From Octopus vulgaris (taxonomy: Eukaryota), in contig OX597832.1 in the NCBI GenBank assembly GCA_951406725.2, positions 57,412,001 to 57,476,000 of the forward strand: a DNA stretch of 64,000 bases, in the 5' to 3' direction. How positions within the stretch are numbered: the stretch's first letter is position 1; each line of letters starts with the position of its first letter. The notes beneath the pieces were generated by a model. That model saw only the letters and a list, made by a program, of their open reading frames with translations, did not search any database and was not told the origin of the DNA. Below, one piece after another: positions 26,966-39,429 of this stretch. The translations under genes and the position numbers were made by a program.

Positions 26966-27579
26966 TATGTGTGTGTGTGTGTCTGTGTGTATATATATTT
27001 ATATTCTTTTATTCTTTTACTTGTTTTAATCATTTGACCGGTGGCCATTCTGGAGCACCACCTTTAGTTGAACAAATCGACCGCAGGACTTATTGTTTGT
27101 AAGCCTTAGCTGAACTGCTAAGTTACAGGGACGCGAGCACACTATCATCGGTCGTTAAGTGCTGGAGAGTGGACAAACATAGACACACAAATATATACAT
27201 ACATACATATATATATATGTACAATGGGCTTCTTTCAGTTTCCATCTAACAAATCCACTTACAAGGCTTTAGTTGGCCTGAGGCTATGGCAGAAGATACC
27301 CAAGTTACCATGCAGTGGAACTGAACCCAGAACCATGTGGTCGGGAAGCAAGCTTCTTATCACACAGTCATGCCTGCACACACACACACATATATGTATA
27401 CACATACATACATACATAATACATACATACATACATAGATATATATATATATATGATAAACAATGGCATGACTCTGTGGTAAGAAGTTTTTTCTCACCCT
27501 CATGGTTCTGGGTTCAGTCCCACTGTGTGGCACCTTTGGCGAATGCCTTCTGTTATAACCCTGTGCTTTGAGAGTGGAT

Positions 27580-27850
27580 AGCTTTTGTTACCTGGAAGAT
27601 GTAATCAGCATGGGAGGTGGTTGCTCCTGAAGTATTGCACCCAAATAAGAATGGCTTGGAGAGAGTTCAGGGAGTTGCTGCTTACTGTTGTTGACACCAA
27701 AGATCTTTTCCATCAAAGTGGAGGGCATATTGTATGACACCTGCGTAAGAACTGTGATGCTACATAGCATTGACTTAGAAAGCTGAAGATTTGAGAAAAC
27801 GGGAAAGGAATGAAGCAAGCATGCTCTGCTAGGTGTGCAGTGTGAGTATG
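27580..27850 (+). mobile_element. RTE-clade LINE fragment (post-RT region), decayed
   Basis: Reads CYLEDVISMGGGCS...IRMAWREFRELL, homologous to the RTE fragment at 56725-57310. Confidence 0.7.
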
Positions 27851-27954
27851 CCTGACTGACATACTGGTCGGATCAAGGTCCATATAGACCCTAAGCCCTT
27901 AAAAGGTTTTGGTGCCCTCAAGTATATGTAAATGGTACAAAATGTAAACAAATA

Positions 27955-28123
27955 GGTGTAGGAGTGGCTGTGTGGTAAGTAGCTTGCTTACCAATCACAT
28001 GGTTCCGGGTTCAGTCCCACTGTGTGGCACCTTGGGCAACTGTCTTCTACTATAACCTTGGGCTGACCAAAGCCTTGTGAGTGGATTTTGTAGATGGAAA
28101 CTGAAAGAAGCCCGTCGTATATA

Positions 28124-28172
<49 letters not shown>

Positions 28173-28385
28173 ATATGTTTGTGTGTCTGTGTTTGTCCCC
28201 CCCCCCCACATTGCTTGGTGGTGTGTTTTTGTTCCTGTAACTTAGCGGTTCAGCAAAAGAGAACGATAGAATAAGTACTAGGCTTACAAAGAATAAGTCC
28301 TGGGGCCGATTTGCTCGACTAAAGCTGGTGCTCCAGTATGGCCGTAGTCAAATGACTGAAACAAGTAAAAGAGTAAAAGAGTAAT
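27955..28385 (+). mobile_element. SINE family A, full length (reference copy for this window)
   Basis: tRNA-like head with B box ggttcagtccc, internal (TA)/(TG) tract, 3' body and (gtaaaaga)n tail. Further minus-strand copies at about 25715-26092, 27003-27376, 30190-30400 plus 31138-31292, 44452-44962 and 48598-48970. Confidence 0.88.
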
Positions 28386-28499
28386 AATAAACCACAAAAG
28401 AAATTATTATTTTCCAAATTATTATTTTCCAAAATGAAACAAAATTCACAGTAAGATAGAAAATAATATTTATTTTTGTATGCTTCTAATTTATCTATA

Positions 28500-28660
28500 T
28501 TTGATAAGTTTTTTTCTTTTCATTTTTTAATTGCAAAGTGTTCAATGATATTGTTAAAATTAATTCTACATAAAACTTCTGCTTCTATACTTAGTAGAGA
28601 TAAGGCATTACCAACCTTATTTAGCAAGTCTAGAGTGATTTCTTTTGTACTGTAGACCAT
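28500..28660 (-). mobile_element. hAT transposase C-terminal dimerisation-domain fragment
   Basis: ORF 28520-28834 ends NALSLLSIEAEVLCRINFNNIIEHFAIKK, the typical hAT/ZMYM1-like terminus (L..LSIE.......F..II..FA.KK). Confidence 0.7.
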
Positions 28661-28769
28661 TTTCATTTCTGAGGTGCCCTTGTCCCTTGATGCCCTGAGC
28701 ACGTATTTACTTTGCTTAGTGCTTAATTCAGCACTGCTGATGTAGAACAAATGTACAGAGAGAAAATCT

Positions 28770-28980
28770 GGGCGCAAGAGGAATGAGACGCAGTGAGCCA
28801 GAAAGAAGACTCGGCTGGCATGGGCATTATGCATATGGATGAGGACAGGTGTCTAAGAAAGTGTCAATCACTTAATGTGGGTGGAGCTTGCAGAAGAGGG
28901 AGAGCCAGGAAGACGGGGGATGAAGTGGTGGAGGTTGTTCGGTGGGTGTTGAATGTTATGGAGGAGATAATAATTGACTA
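28770..28980 (+). mobile_element. RTE-clade LINE 3' fragment
   Basis: ERRLGWHGH..MDEDRCLRKCQSLNVGGACRRGRARKTGDEVV, matching the RTE C-terminal RLRWYGH...GRPRKTW motif. Confidence 0.75.
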
Positions 28981-29327
28981 GTTTGGGGACATGTGGTTCT
29001 TGAGAAGATGACAACTGATGATGGCTGGGAACATGTGGTTCTTGAGAAGTCCTGCCCATCTCAGCAAAACTGAGTTCTGATTGAGCTGTGTCTGACTTTG
29101 TGTATGTGTGCATGCGTAAATGGCAATCTTTATATCCAACTTAATGTGGATGTTGTGTGAGAATGTAGAGAACACTGCTATTAATTATATACATGTGTAT
29201 ATGTGTGTGTGTATGTGTGTGGTATCAACAACCATAATAATGAGCAATGTTAGTAAGTGGAAATGTATGTACATGTGATATATATATGTGAGTATGAGTG
29301 TATATGTACATGTGTAGGTGTGAGTAT

Positions 29328-29371
<44 letters not shown>

Positions 29372-29374
<3 letters not shown>

Positions 29375-29566
29375 ATTTTATAGAAGGAGCTTCTACAGGA
29401 CTAGAACTGTTTCATTCAAATGAAATCATCAGGAAGCTCCTGATGATTTCATTTGAATGAAACAGTTCTAGTCCTGTAGAAGCTCCTTCTATAAAATAAA
29501 TTAATTTACTCTGCTATGTATTGAGTACCTTATTTACTGTGGTTAACCCCGACTCAACCCGGGACC

Positions 29567-29568
<2 letters not shown>
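29372..29568 (+). mobile_element. Penelope-like terminal fragment: perfect 63-bp foldback with a hammerhead-like core, between (TA)n tracts
   Basis: Arms 29372-29434 and 29438-29500 are exact reverse complements around an agc loop. CTGATGA (29440-29446), GAAAC (29459-29463) and GTA (29476-29478) lie in the right arm. Confidence 0.65.
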
Positions 29569-29606
<38 letters not shown>

Positions 29607-31083
29607 GGTATGTGTATGTACGTGTCTTTCAAGACAATTGTAGTGATTGATGAAAATTTTTGTATCTTCCATCTTTCATCTCTCTCACTAACCAAACACA
29701 CACACACATACAAACCACACACACACACACACACACACACGGTACAGATTTTCAGCTTAATAAGCAATATCTATAACAAAATTAGTTAATAAATAAATGA
29801 AATAAATAAACAATTTTGTATCTATGTTTTTCTACAGTCATCAACTTGTTGTGAACTATTCCGACATCAGTTCTGAGCTATTAAAGTGAATATTTAGCAA
29901 TATTAGAATCTTACCATATTCTTTGGTTCCTTCAAAAAAAAAAAAATGCTCATATTGTATGGTGAGCTCTCATTAAATTCTTCCTTCTAATTCCCAAGCC
30001 ATCATACGTCATAATGTTGTATGCAATTTTGTTGAGGTATATTTTATTTATTCATCAAATTTTGTGAAATATATTCAATATTTTTCTTTCTTGGAAATGC
30101 TGACAGAAAGCTGAGAAAAGCAAAAACACCTGACCCTCCCCCTCTATTATTTTTCCATTTTCTTTTGTTGCTTTTTTATTTTTTAATTGTTCCTGTCATT
30201 AGACTGTGGCCATGCTGGGGCACCTTGAAGGATATCTAGTCAAATGAATCAGCCTTAGTGCACATGTTTTAAAGCCTGGTACTTATTCTATTGGTCTCTT
30301 TTTTTTAACTAGTAAGTGACGGGAACTTGAACAAACCAACTCTCACTGTCCATCATTGGTGGGGGACAAACACAAAGACACATGCATAGATATATACACA
30401 GACACACACGCATATTTATAATTATGCACATACAATCACCATATTTCATTCCATAATTGCTACCTCTGAAGAGTGCAGGGTTACATAATCGGACTGTTAC
30501 CTTACACTCCATTGAACTCTAAGTGCGAAACCAATTGGTAAGATCAGCCATGATGGATATATAATAAAGCCAGCCACACTGAGAGTGTTGTGGGTGCTTT
30601 TTACATGCCACCGGCATGGGAACCAGTCAGGCAGGCCTGGCATTGATCACATTCGGATAGTGCATTTTACATGCCACCAGTATGGGAGCCAGTCAGTGGG
30701 TATTGACATTGGCCACATTCGGATGATGCTTTTTTATGTGCCACTTGCATGGGAGCCAGTTAGACAGGCCTGGCATCGATCACATTCAGTTATTTCTTTC
30801 TTTCTATGTGCCACCAGCACAGGAACCAGTCAAGAGTACTGGCATCGGCCACGTTCAGATGGTGCCTTTTATGTGCCACTGGCACAGGAGCCAGTCAATA
30901 TATATGTATATATTTATATATATATATATATATATATAATTATTTTTAGGATCCATTAGAATCAAGGTATTTTAATAACAAAGGCACCAAGGTGGAGTCG
31001 TTTTTTTTACTTGATGTAATTGGTTTGTTTATCAATAAAAAACATGTCTGAAGCAGGTGTTGTGAATCTCAGCCTGTCTATGT

Positions 31084-31129
<46 letters not shown>

Positions 31130-31664
31130 GCTCACATGATGGTCTTTTTTCAGTTTCCATCTACCGAATCTACTCAAGGCCTTGGGACACCTGGGTCTTA
31201 TAGTATAAGACACTAGCCCAAGGTATCACACAGTGGGATGGAACCCAGAACCATGTGGTTGGGTAGCAAACCTTTTTCCACAAAGCCACATCTGTTTTCT
31301 TTTTAGTTTTTATAATTTATCATTCATCTTATTTTTCTTCTTCTAATGGTCCCCACCCATCCATTTCAAACTGAAAAAAAGCAGAAGGGCTCTGCTTTTT
31401 TGTCATGTCTGTGAGGTGAGAAATATGATGGGAGAATATTAAGGTGATATTTGCAAGGAGCTCCGTGACGCTCATCTACCGAATTCTACCGATTACCAAG
31501 GTTACTGAGGAGAAATGGAGTGGTTTTAGGAGACCATGTAATGAAATACACGTTTTCCTCTATCTTGTTGAGATTAATCGGCAGAGCATCATTGAAAACG
31601 TGCTGTGAAATATTGCTTATTGCACTGTAATGTTAATGTACAAACAGCAGAAACTTATTAGCTT

Positions 31665-31984
31665 GCGTGTGTGTGTGTGTGTGCGTGTGTGTGTGTGTGT
31701 GCGTGCATATATGTATATGTGTGTGTATGTATATGTATATATATATGTGTGTGTGTGTGTATGTATGTGTGTGTGTATATGTATGTGTGTGTATATATGC
31801 ATGTATATATGTGTGTGTATATATATATATGTATGTGTGTCTGCATGTATATATGTGTGTGTGTTTATAAATGTATATGTGTATATATATGTATATGTTA
31901 TATGTGTGTGTGACTGCATATGCATGCATGTGTTTGTATGTATGTGTACCTTTGTATGTATATATGTATATGAGTGCGTGTGTT

Positions 31985-32017
<33 letters not shown>

Positions 32018-32060
32018 TTGTGTAAATGTATATAAGTGTCTGTGTTTATAAATGTATATA

Positions 32061-32097
<37 letters not shown>

Positions 32098-32720
32098 GTA
32101 TATGTTTGTGTGAATGCATGTGTGCATGTATGTATGTGTACATGCGTGTGCATATGTCTACATGAATGTGTGTGCATGTGTGTTTTTGTTACTGTATGTA
32201 CGTGTATATGTGTAAGTATGGATGTGTGTGTCCGCAAGCAACTGTGTTGTATATATGGGTCTTTGTATGTGTGTGTTTGTGTGCACATGTATATATTTAT
32301 ACATACATGTATGTATGTAAGTGCAGATGTGTCTGTGTACGCGTGTGTATATCTGTACTTGTGTGTGTGTGTTTATGTGTGCACATATATGTATATGTGT
32401 GTGTGTATATGTATGTGTGTGTGTGTAAATATGTATGCATGTATATGTATATGCGTGCGTGTATATATATATATATGTGTGTGTGCAAATGTATATAAGT
32501 GTGTGTGTGTATTTATAAATGTATATCTGTATGTGAATGTATATATATATATATATATACACCCATATATGTATATGTGTGTGTGTATATGTATGTGTGT
32601 GTGTGTAAATATGTATGCATGCATGTATATGTATATGCGTGCGTGTATATATATATATATGTGTGTGTGCAAATGTATATAAGTGTGTGTGTGTATTTAT
32701 AAATGTATATCTGTATGTGA

Positions 32721-32762
<42 letters not shown>

Positions 32763-33453
32763 CCATATATGTATATGTGTGTGTGTGTGAAGGCGTGTGT
32801 AGCGAATGTTAATCTGTGTTATTACTCCGGCAGATTGTCAGCAATTGGAATTTTAAGTGGAAGACTCTGCGTGAGTGCGCACATGCACATGTGTGAGCAC
32901 GTGTGTGCATATGTGTATGCATGCATGTGTATGTGAGCATGCGTGTGTGTGTGTGTGTGTGTCGCTGGCCAAATCCATAAAAGACCAGATGGTTATTAAA
33001 ACCGTCTAATGAATAATGCATTCTTAGATTATTTACTGTTTAGATATTTTTCCACTGCGAATCTTGTGTTCTTCTTTGTTTGGAGGACAATAATGGTAAG
33101 GTGGCACCGAGTGAATAAGATGGCGTGGAGTGGCACGGACAGATAGATGTAGGCACACACACACACACTCACACACGCACAATCACACAGTCATACATGC
33201 ACGCGTACACACACACACATAGTCATACGTACACATGCATACACACATACACAGTCGGACACACACACACACATACACACATGCATGCACACACACAGTC
33301 ATACACGCATGCACGCACACACACACACAGTACTTAGCCTCACTCACAGACACACGTGCATACACAACCTTGTTCATATATACAAATACAGCCTCACACA
33401 AGTACATCTACATACACACAAACAAACACAGTCTTACATGCACACACAGTCAT

Positions 33454-33484
<31 letters not shown>

Positions 33485-35945
33485 GAGAATCTCATGCACA
33501 CAGGCTCACTCACACAGCTTTATTCATACACTTAACTCACACATACATATACAGACACACACACACAGACACATATGCACACATGCACATAGCCCCACAT
33601 TCACACACTCATAGTCACACAATTACACATTCACACATACATACACACAGAGCCTTGTTCATACACACAACCTCAAACATACACACACACACACACACAT
33701 GTATATTCAGTTACACACATTCGCTTACACACGCAGCCTCAAACACACACATACACACACACATGCAGAAAGCCTCATAGACACACAGAACCTCACACAC
33801 AGACACATGCATATTCACTCACACATATTCGCTTACACACACAGCCTCAAAAACACTCACACAGACACATGTGCACATGCACAAAGCTTCATAGACATAC
33901 AGAGCCTCTCACATACACACACACAGAATCACACATTCATGTACACAGACAGATCCTTGCACAGACACACACACATGCACAAAGCTTCATAGACACACAC
34001 AGACTGACACAATCTCACATTCACATACACACACAGAATCACAGAATCACACATTCATATACACAGGCAGATCCTTGCACAGACACACACACACACACAC
34101 ACACATATGCACACACATACACAAAGCTTCATAGACACACACACAGAATCTTGCATTCACATACACAACATACAGATCCTTGCACGGACACACACACACA
34201 CACGCACACACATACACAAAGCTTCATAGACACACACGCACACACAATCTTGCATTCACATACACAACAGACTGATCCCTGCACAGACACACACACACAC
34301 ACACGTGCACACACATGCACAAAGCTTCATAAATACACACACACACACACACATACACAATCTTACATTCACATACACAACAGAGATCCTTGCTCAGACA
34401 CACACACACACAGGCACACACATGCACAAAGCTTCATAGATACACACACACACTCACACACACACACAAACAATCTTACATTTGCATACACTACTGACAG
34501 ATCCTTGTGCAGACACACACGCACACAGCTTCATAGACACACACACACACAATCTCAAATTCACATACACAACAGACAGATCCTTGCATACACACACATG
34601 GACACACACACACACACATGCACGTATGCGAACTTAGAGTTAATTTAGGCGAGACAAACGTTGGAAACATGAACTGCAGGAAAATCACAATTCCAAATTC
34701 TTGGCGTCCGTCTGGGGAGAATGCAAGAGGTCGGCCAGGAATGTGCTCCTCACTACACTAACATAATAACTCCACTGAGGTTCTTTTGTCAGATATAGTT
34801 TACGGCTCTCGTAATTTAAAAACAATTCTATGTAAATGTTTCATATACAAGTGAGGAGGTATTGCAGCATTGCAACCTCACAGTCTTGCTGTAACCGGCT
34901 CAGTGTTTTCCTCTCTTTTGTTGCTCTTCGGATTGTCCCCCTCCCTCACCGACTCTCACTCCCCCCTCACGGTGAGTTAATGTTGTGTTGAATAAATCAT
35001 CCATGTCATATATATATATATTTATATATATATATATATATAATGTACATATATGGACATATATCTATATTGATATATATATATATATATATATACATGT
35101 GTTGTATGTACATATATATATATATATATATAGATAGATAGATATATATACATATATGTGTATATGTATATATATATATATATATATATACATACATATA
35201 TGTGTATATGTGTATATATATGTATACGTATACATACATATATGTGTATATGTGTATATATATATACATACATATATGTGTATATGTGTATATATATATA
35301 TACATACATATATGTGTATATGTGTATATATATATATTTATATATACACACACATGTGTATATGCCTATATATATATGTATATATATATACACATGTGTG
35401 TGTACATATATATATATATGTACATATATGCGTATAAGTATATATATGCATATATATGCATGTGTGTGTGTACATATATATACATGTATGTGTGTACATA
35501 TATATATGTACATATGTATATGGATATATATGTATTTACAAATATCTGTTTGTGTAGATGTATTTATGTATGTGTGCATATGTATATGTATTTATATATA
35601 TAGATAAGTATATATATATATGTATTTGTATGTATATCCTTGTGTATGTTTATGCATGTGTATGTATCTGTATCTACATGTGTATATGTATGCATACATA
35701 TATGTGTGTATATGTCTGCATGCATATATGTTTGTGTGCGCATGTTTATTTGTAGGTGTGTTTTATGTGTATATGCATAAATGTATATATTTATGTGCAT
35801 GTATGTATGTATATATATATGTACATGTATTATATTTTGTGTGTATGTGTGGGTGTGTGTGTATATACATATATGTGTGTGTGTCTCTCTCTCTCTCTAT
35901 ATATATATATATGCTCACATATATGTATATATGTATATACATGCC
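31665..35945. repeat. Large compound microsatellite block: TG/TA 31665-32790, CA-rich satellite 33150-34620, TA/TG 35008-35945
   Basis: Directly visible; short unique islands separate the fields. Confidence 0.9.
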
Positions 35946-36479
35946 TATACGGATCATACTTAAAGTAACCCCATGAAAATGACAATTATTCCATTTCATA
36001 CGATCTGTTTTTTTATATTCTTATACCTTCACTTTGGAATGTATATCGAATAAACAAACAAAAAAATTAAATAACAGCAGAAAACAGAAATAAATAAATA
36101 AATACAGAAAGAAAGAAAGAAAGAAGGAGAATTAGCGACTGTAAAATAATAATGGTTTGAGTATAAAATAGGCATGTAAAATACTTTACAAACAATTTCT
36201 GAGAGTTAACGGAGCAGAGTTGCTGGTTTTTATGTCTTTCTTCGGGACAATAAATGGAAGGAACTGATCTGTAACTTGGCTAACGCTGGAATAAAAACGG
36301 CGACAATGATAACAACAATAACAGCAATGAGAAGAATGATGACGATGATTGCGGTGATGATAGTGACGATGATGGCATAAGAATAATGGCGTTATGGAAG
36401 CATATTGAACGTTTAAAAGCTTAGATTTTGGTACTTTGCATGAAATACTGAGCAGATTGCAAGACGACGGTATATATAT

Positions 36480-37386
36480 TCTTTACTCTTTTACTTGTTT
36501 CAGTCATGTGACTGTGGCCATGCTGGAGCACTGCCTTTTGTTGACCAAATCGACTCTGGGACTTATTCTTTAGAAGCCTAGTACTTATTCTATCGGTCTC
36601 TATTGCCAAACTGCTAAGTTAGCAAGGACGTAAACACACCAGCATCGATTGTCAAGTGATGTTGGGGGGGACTAACACAGATTCACATAGATATACACAC
36701 ATGTGTATATATATCAATATATATATACATGTATATGGTGGGTTTCTTTCAGTTTCCATCTACCATATCCACTCACAAGGCTTTAGTTGACCTGAGGCTA
36801 TAGTAGAAGACACTTGCCCAAGGTGCTATGCAGTAGGACTGAACCCGGGACCATGTGGTTGGTAAGCAAGCTATTTACCACACAGCAACTCATCCAATAA
36901 CTTCGATATTGAGAGTCAATGCTTCAGGATTAATTGAAATCAGCACTAATGATTACATGTTTCATATACTGTAGTTTTGGTTTCAAGAATGGAGACCCTT
37001 ACTTATCAACAGAGGCATCCTAAGTGACCCGGGTTCAGTCCTACTGCATAGCACCTTGGACAAGTGTCTTCTACTATAGCCTCTGGCTGACCAAAGCCTT
37101 GTGAGTGGATTTGGTAGATGGAAACTGAAGGAAGCCCATCGTATGTATATATTTATATATGTATATATGTGTGTGTTTGTATGTCTGTGTTTGTCTCCCC
37201 AACATTGCTTGACAACTGATGTTGGTGTGTTTACATCCCCGTAACTTAGTGGTTCGGCAAAAGAGACCGATAGAATAAGTACTAGGCTTACAAAGAATAA
37301 GTCCTGGGGTCGATTTGGTCGACTAAAGATGGTGTTCCAGCATGGCCACAGTCAAATGACTGAAACAAGTAAAGGAATGAAAGAAT
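36480..37386. mobile_element. Head-to-head inverted pair of family A SINEs (36480-36892 minus, 37025-37386 plus)
   Basis: Both match family A in opposite orientations with a spacer of about 130 bp. Confidence 0.85.
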
Positions 37387-38177
37387 ATTCTTTTCTACTC
37401 TAGGCACAAGGCCTGAAATTTTGGGGAAGGGGGCCAGTTGATTAGATCAACCCCAGTAAGCAACTGGTACCTAATTTATTGACCCAGAAAGGATGAAAGG
37501 CAAAGTCAACATTGGCGGAATTTGAACTTAGAACGTAAAGACAGACAAAATATTGCTAAGCATTTCACCTGGTGTGTTAACGTTCCTGCCAGCTCACCAC
37601 CTTAGAATAAAAGAATATTGGAAGGAAACAAGCTGTGTATAAACTGTTGAACATGGAAGGTTAATCTTAGAAAATAACAGAATGGAAGCGAATCGAAAAT
37701 GCAATTCTTGGTTATTGCGTATCTGGGCTAGAATGGCATTATTCAATGTCTTACACTTGTTTCAAGATATTTGGCCATAATTTGAAGGATATTTGGCTGT
37801 TATTTTTAGCAGACTTGCTCAACCACACAGGGGCTGCATCATTGGCTTTTTGCTGCAAAAACGATGGCAGTGGTGATTTGTGTTACATCATCATCATCAT
37901 CACCAACACCACTATCATCATCATCATCATCCCTTAATGTCCATTTTCCATGCTGGCATGGGTTGGACGGTTTGACAGGAGCTGGCAAGTTGGAAGGAGG
38001 GCTGCACCAGGTTCCAGCTGTTCGTTTTGGCATGGTTTCTACAGCCAGATGCCCTATTTATAATGCCAACCACTTTACAGAGTGTACCGGGTGCTTTTGA
38101 TGCAGCACCATCACGGGTATCTTTTTAACAATGATTTCACCCCTCATTTTTTTTTCTTTTCTTTTTTTCTGTTACAG

Positions 38178-38351
38178 GAGACTAGAATGGAAGAATTTTG
38201 TCATCACTGTGGTCAGTAGCAACCAAATCGACGTCCATAATGTGTTAGATGATGTTAAAGAGAAACTAGATTTCAGAGATCGCATCATTAAGCTCTCTTT
38301 CTCATTTGGATATCTTGTAGTTGCCACTGCCTCCCAGGGCCACATTTACAG
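38178..38351 (+). CDS. IFT80: IFT80 internal exon B
   Basis: Polypyrimidine tract plus ttacAG ending at 38177; donor AG|gtaagg at 38352. Translates RLEWKNFVITVVSSNQIDVHNVLDDVKEKLDFRDRIIKLSFSFGYLVVATASQGHIY (compare IFT80 WEWKNF...NVLND...LEFRDRVIK). 174 nt, phase 2 to 2, in frame with exon A. Confidence 0.96.
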
Positions 38352-38539
38352 GTAAGGACATGTGCTTTTGTTATTTCATTTGGTTTAGCTCGTGTTTTTT
38401 CCTGACACTTCATCATCGAGGTGGTTTAGCTGACCGGTGTCCATCATACAAGAATACAATTGTTAGAGTGTTGGAATGGCTGCTTTGTGGTATTCGTTTC
38501 AGGTCTGTAAGTTCTGATTTCAATTCCTGCTATGGCATA

Positions 38540-39429
38540 CAATGTCTGATCAATAAGTATCCGGATTGTTGCCATAGTAACGAAGCTAAAACACGCAGAG
38601 TGAAGCTGCATGGCACAGATTGATCTTGAACTCTGCTGTGCATGTGCACAAAGTTTTAACATTCTAGCTCACTTCTGCTGTTTACAGCAGTGCTCAGAAG
38701 GAAGGTGTGTAGCGTGTGAGTGCCGCATTGACTATGACAGAGAAAGTTGTCATGGCGATATTTGCTCAGAGGCCTAAGCAAAGATGCAGAAAGCGTATGG
38801 AGAGGAGTGTATGAGCTGCACATAAGTGTAAGAGTGGTTCAGACGTTTGCAAGATGGCTGAAAAAATGTCAATATTGACGAACGTTCTGGGAGACCTGCA
38901 ACCAGCAGAACTGAGAAAAGCATCGCTGATGTGTGTGCAGCTGTGAGGGAAAATTGTCAAATCACCATACGTGAGTTACCAGATGTGCAGATTAATTATA
39001 GTTCTGTTCAGTCCATTATCACTGAAGATTTGGGTATGAGACACATGACTACCAAGTTTGTGCCAAAGCTGCTTTCCACTGACCAAAAAGATGCTCGGGT
39101 TTCAGGTGCACAAGATCTCCTTGATTGTGTTGAGAATGATGAAAATGTTTTGAAAACTTTGCGTAGACCTCTGAGCAGGTATCATCAAACTTTTGTCAAA
39201 ATTTGATGTTGATTCTCTGCTCAGTTTTCTCTTATGGTTAATGTGATGATCACACGCTACACACCTTCCTTCCAAGTACTGCTGTAAACAGTGAAAGTAA
39301 GCTAGAATGTTAAAACTTAGTGCACATGCAGAACAGAGTTCACTGTCAGTCTGTGCTAAGCAGCTTCACTCTGCATGCTTTAGCTTTGTTACTATGGCAA
39401 CTGTCCAGATACTTAATGATCAGACTACG
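38540..39429 (+). mobile_element. Non-autonomous mariner element with long TIRs and a decayed N-terminal transposase
   Basis: TA at 38538-38539 and 39430-39431; imperfect TIRs of about 150 bp. Internal translation EWFRR..DERSGRPATSRTEKSIADVCAAVREN..ITIREL..SVQSIITEDLGMR..KFVPKLLS (HTH region and WVPHEL-equivalent). No catalytic domain seen. Confidence 0.92.

Noticed and set aside
31375-31401. aaaaaagcaga-agggc-tctgctttttt hairpin resembling an intrinsic terminator
   Set aside because: Eukaryotic intron with no upstream gene; an 11-bp stem that is half A/T run can arise by chance.
34831-35008. TG...AATAAA...CA segment suggesting a solo LTR
   Set aside because: No TSD, second copy or primer-binding site visible.
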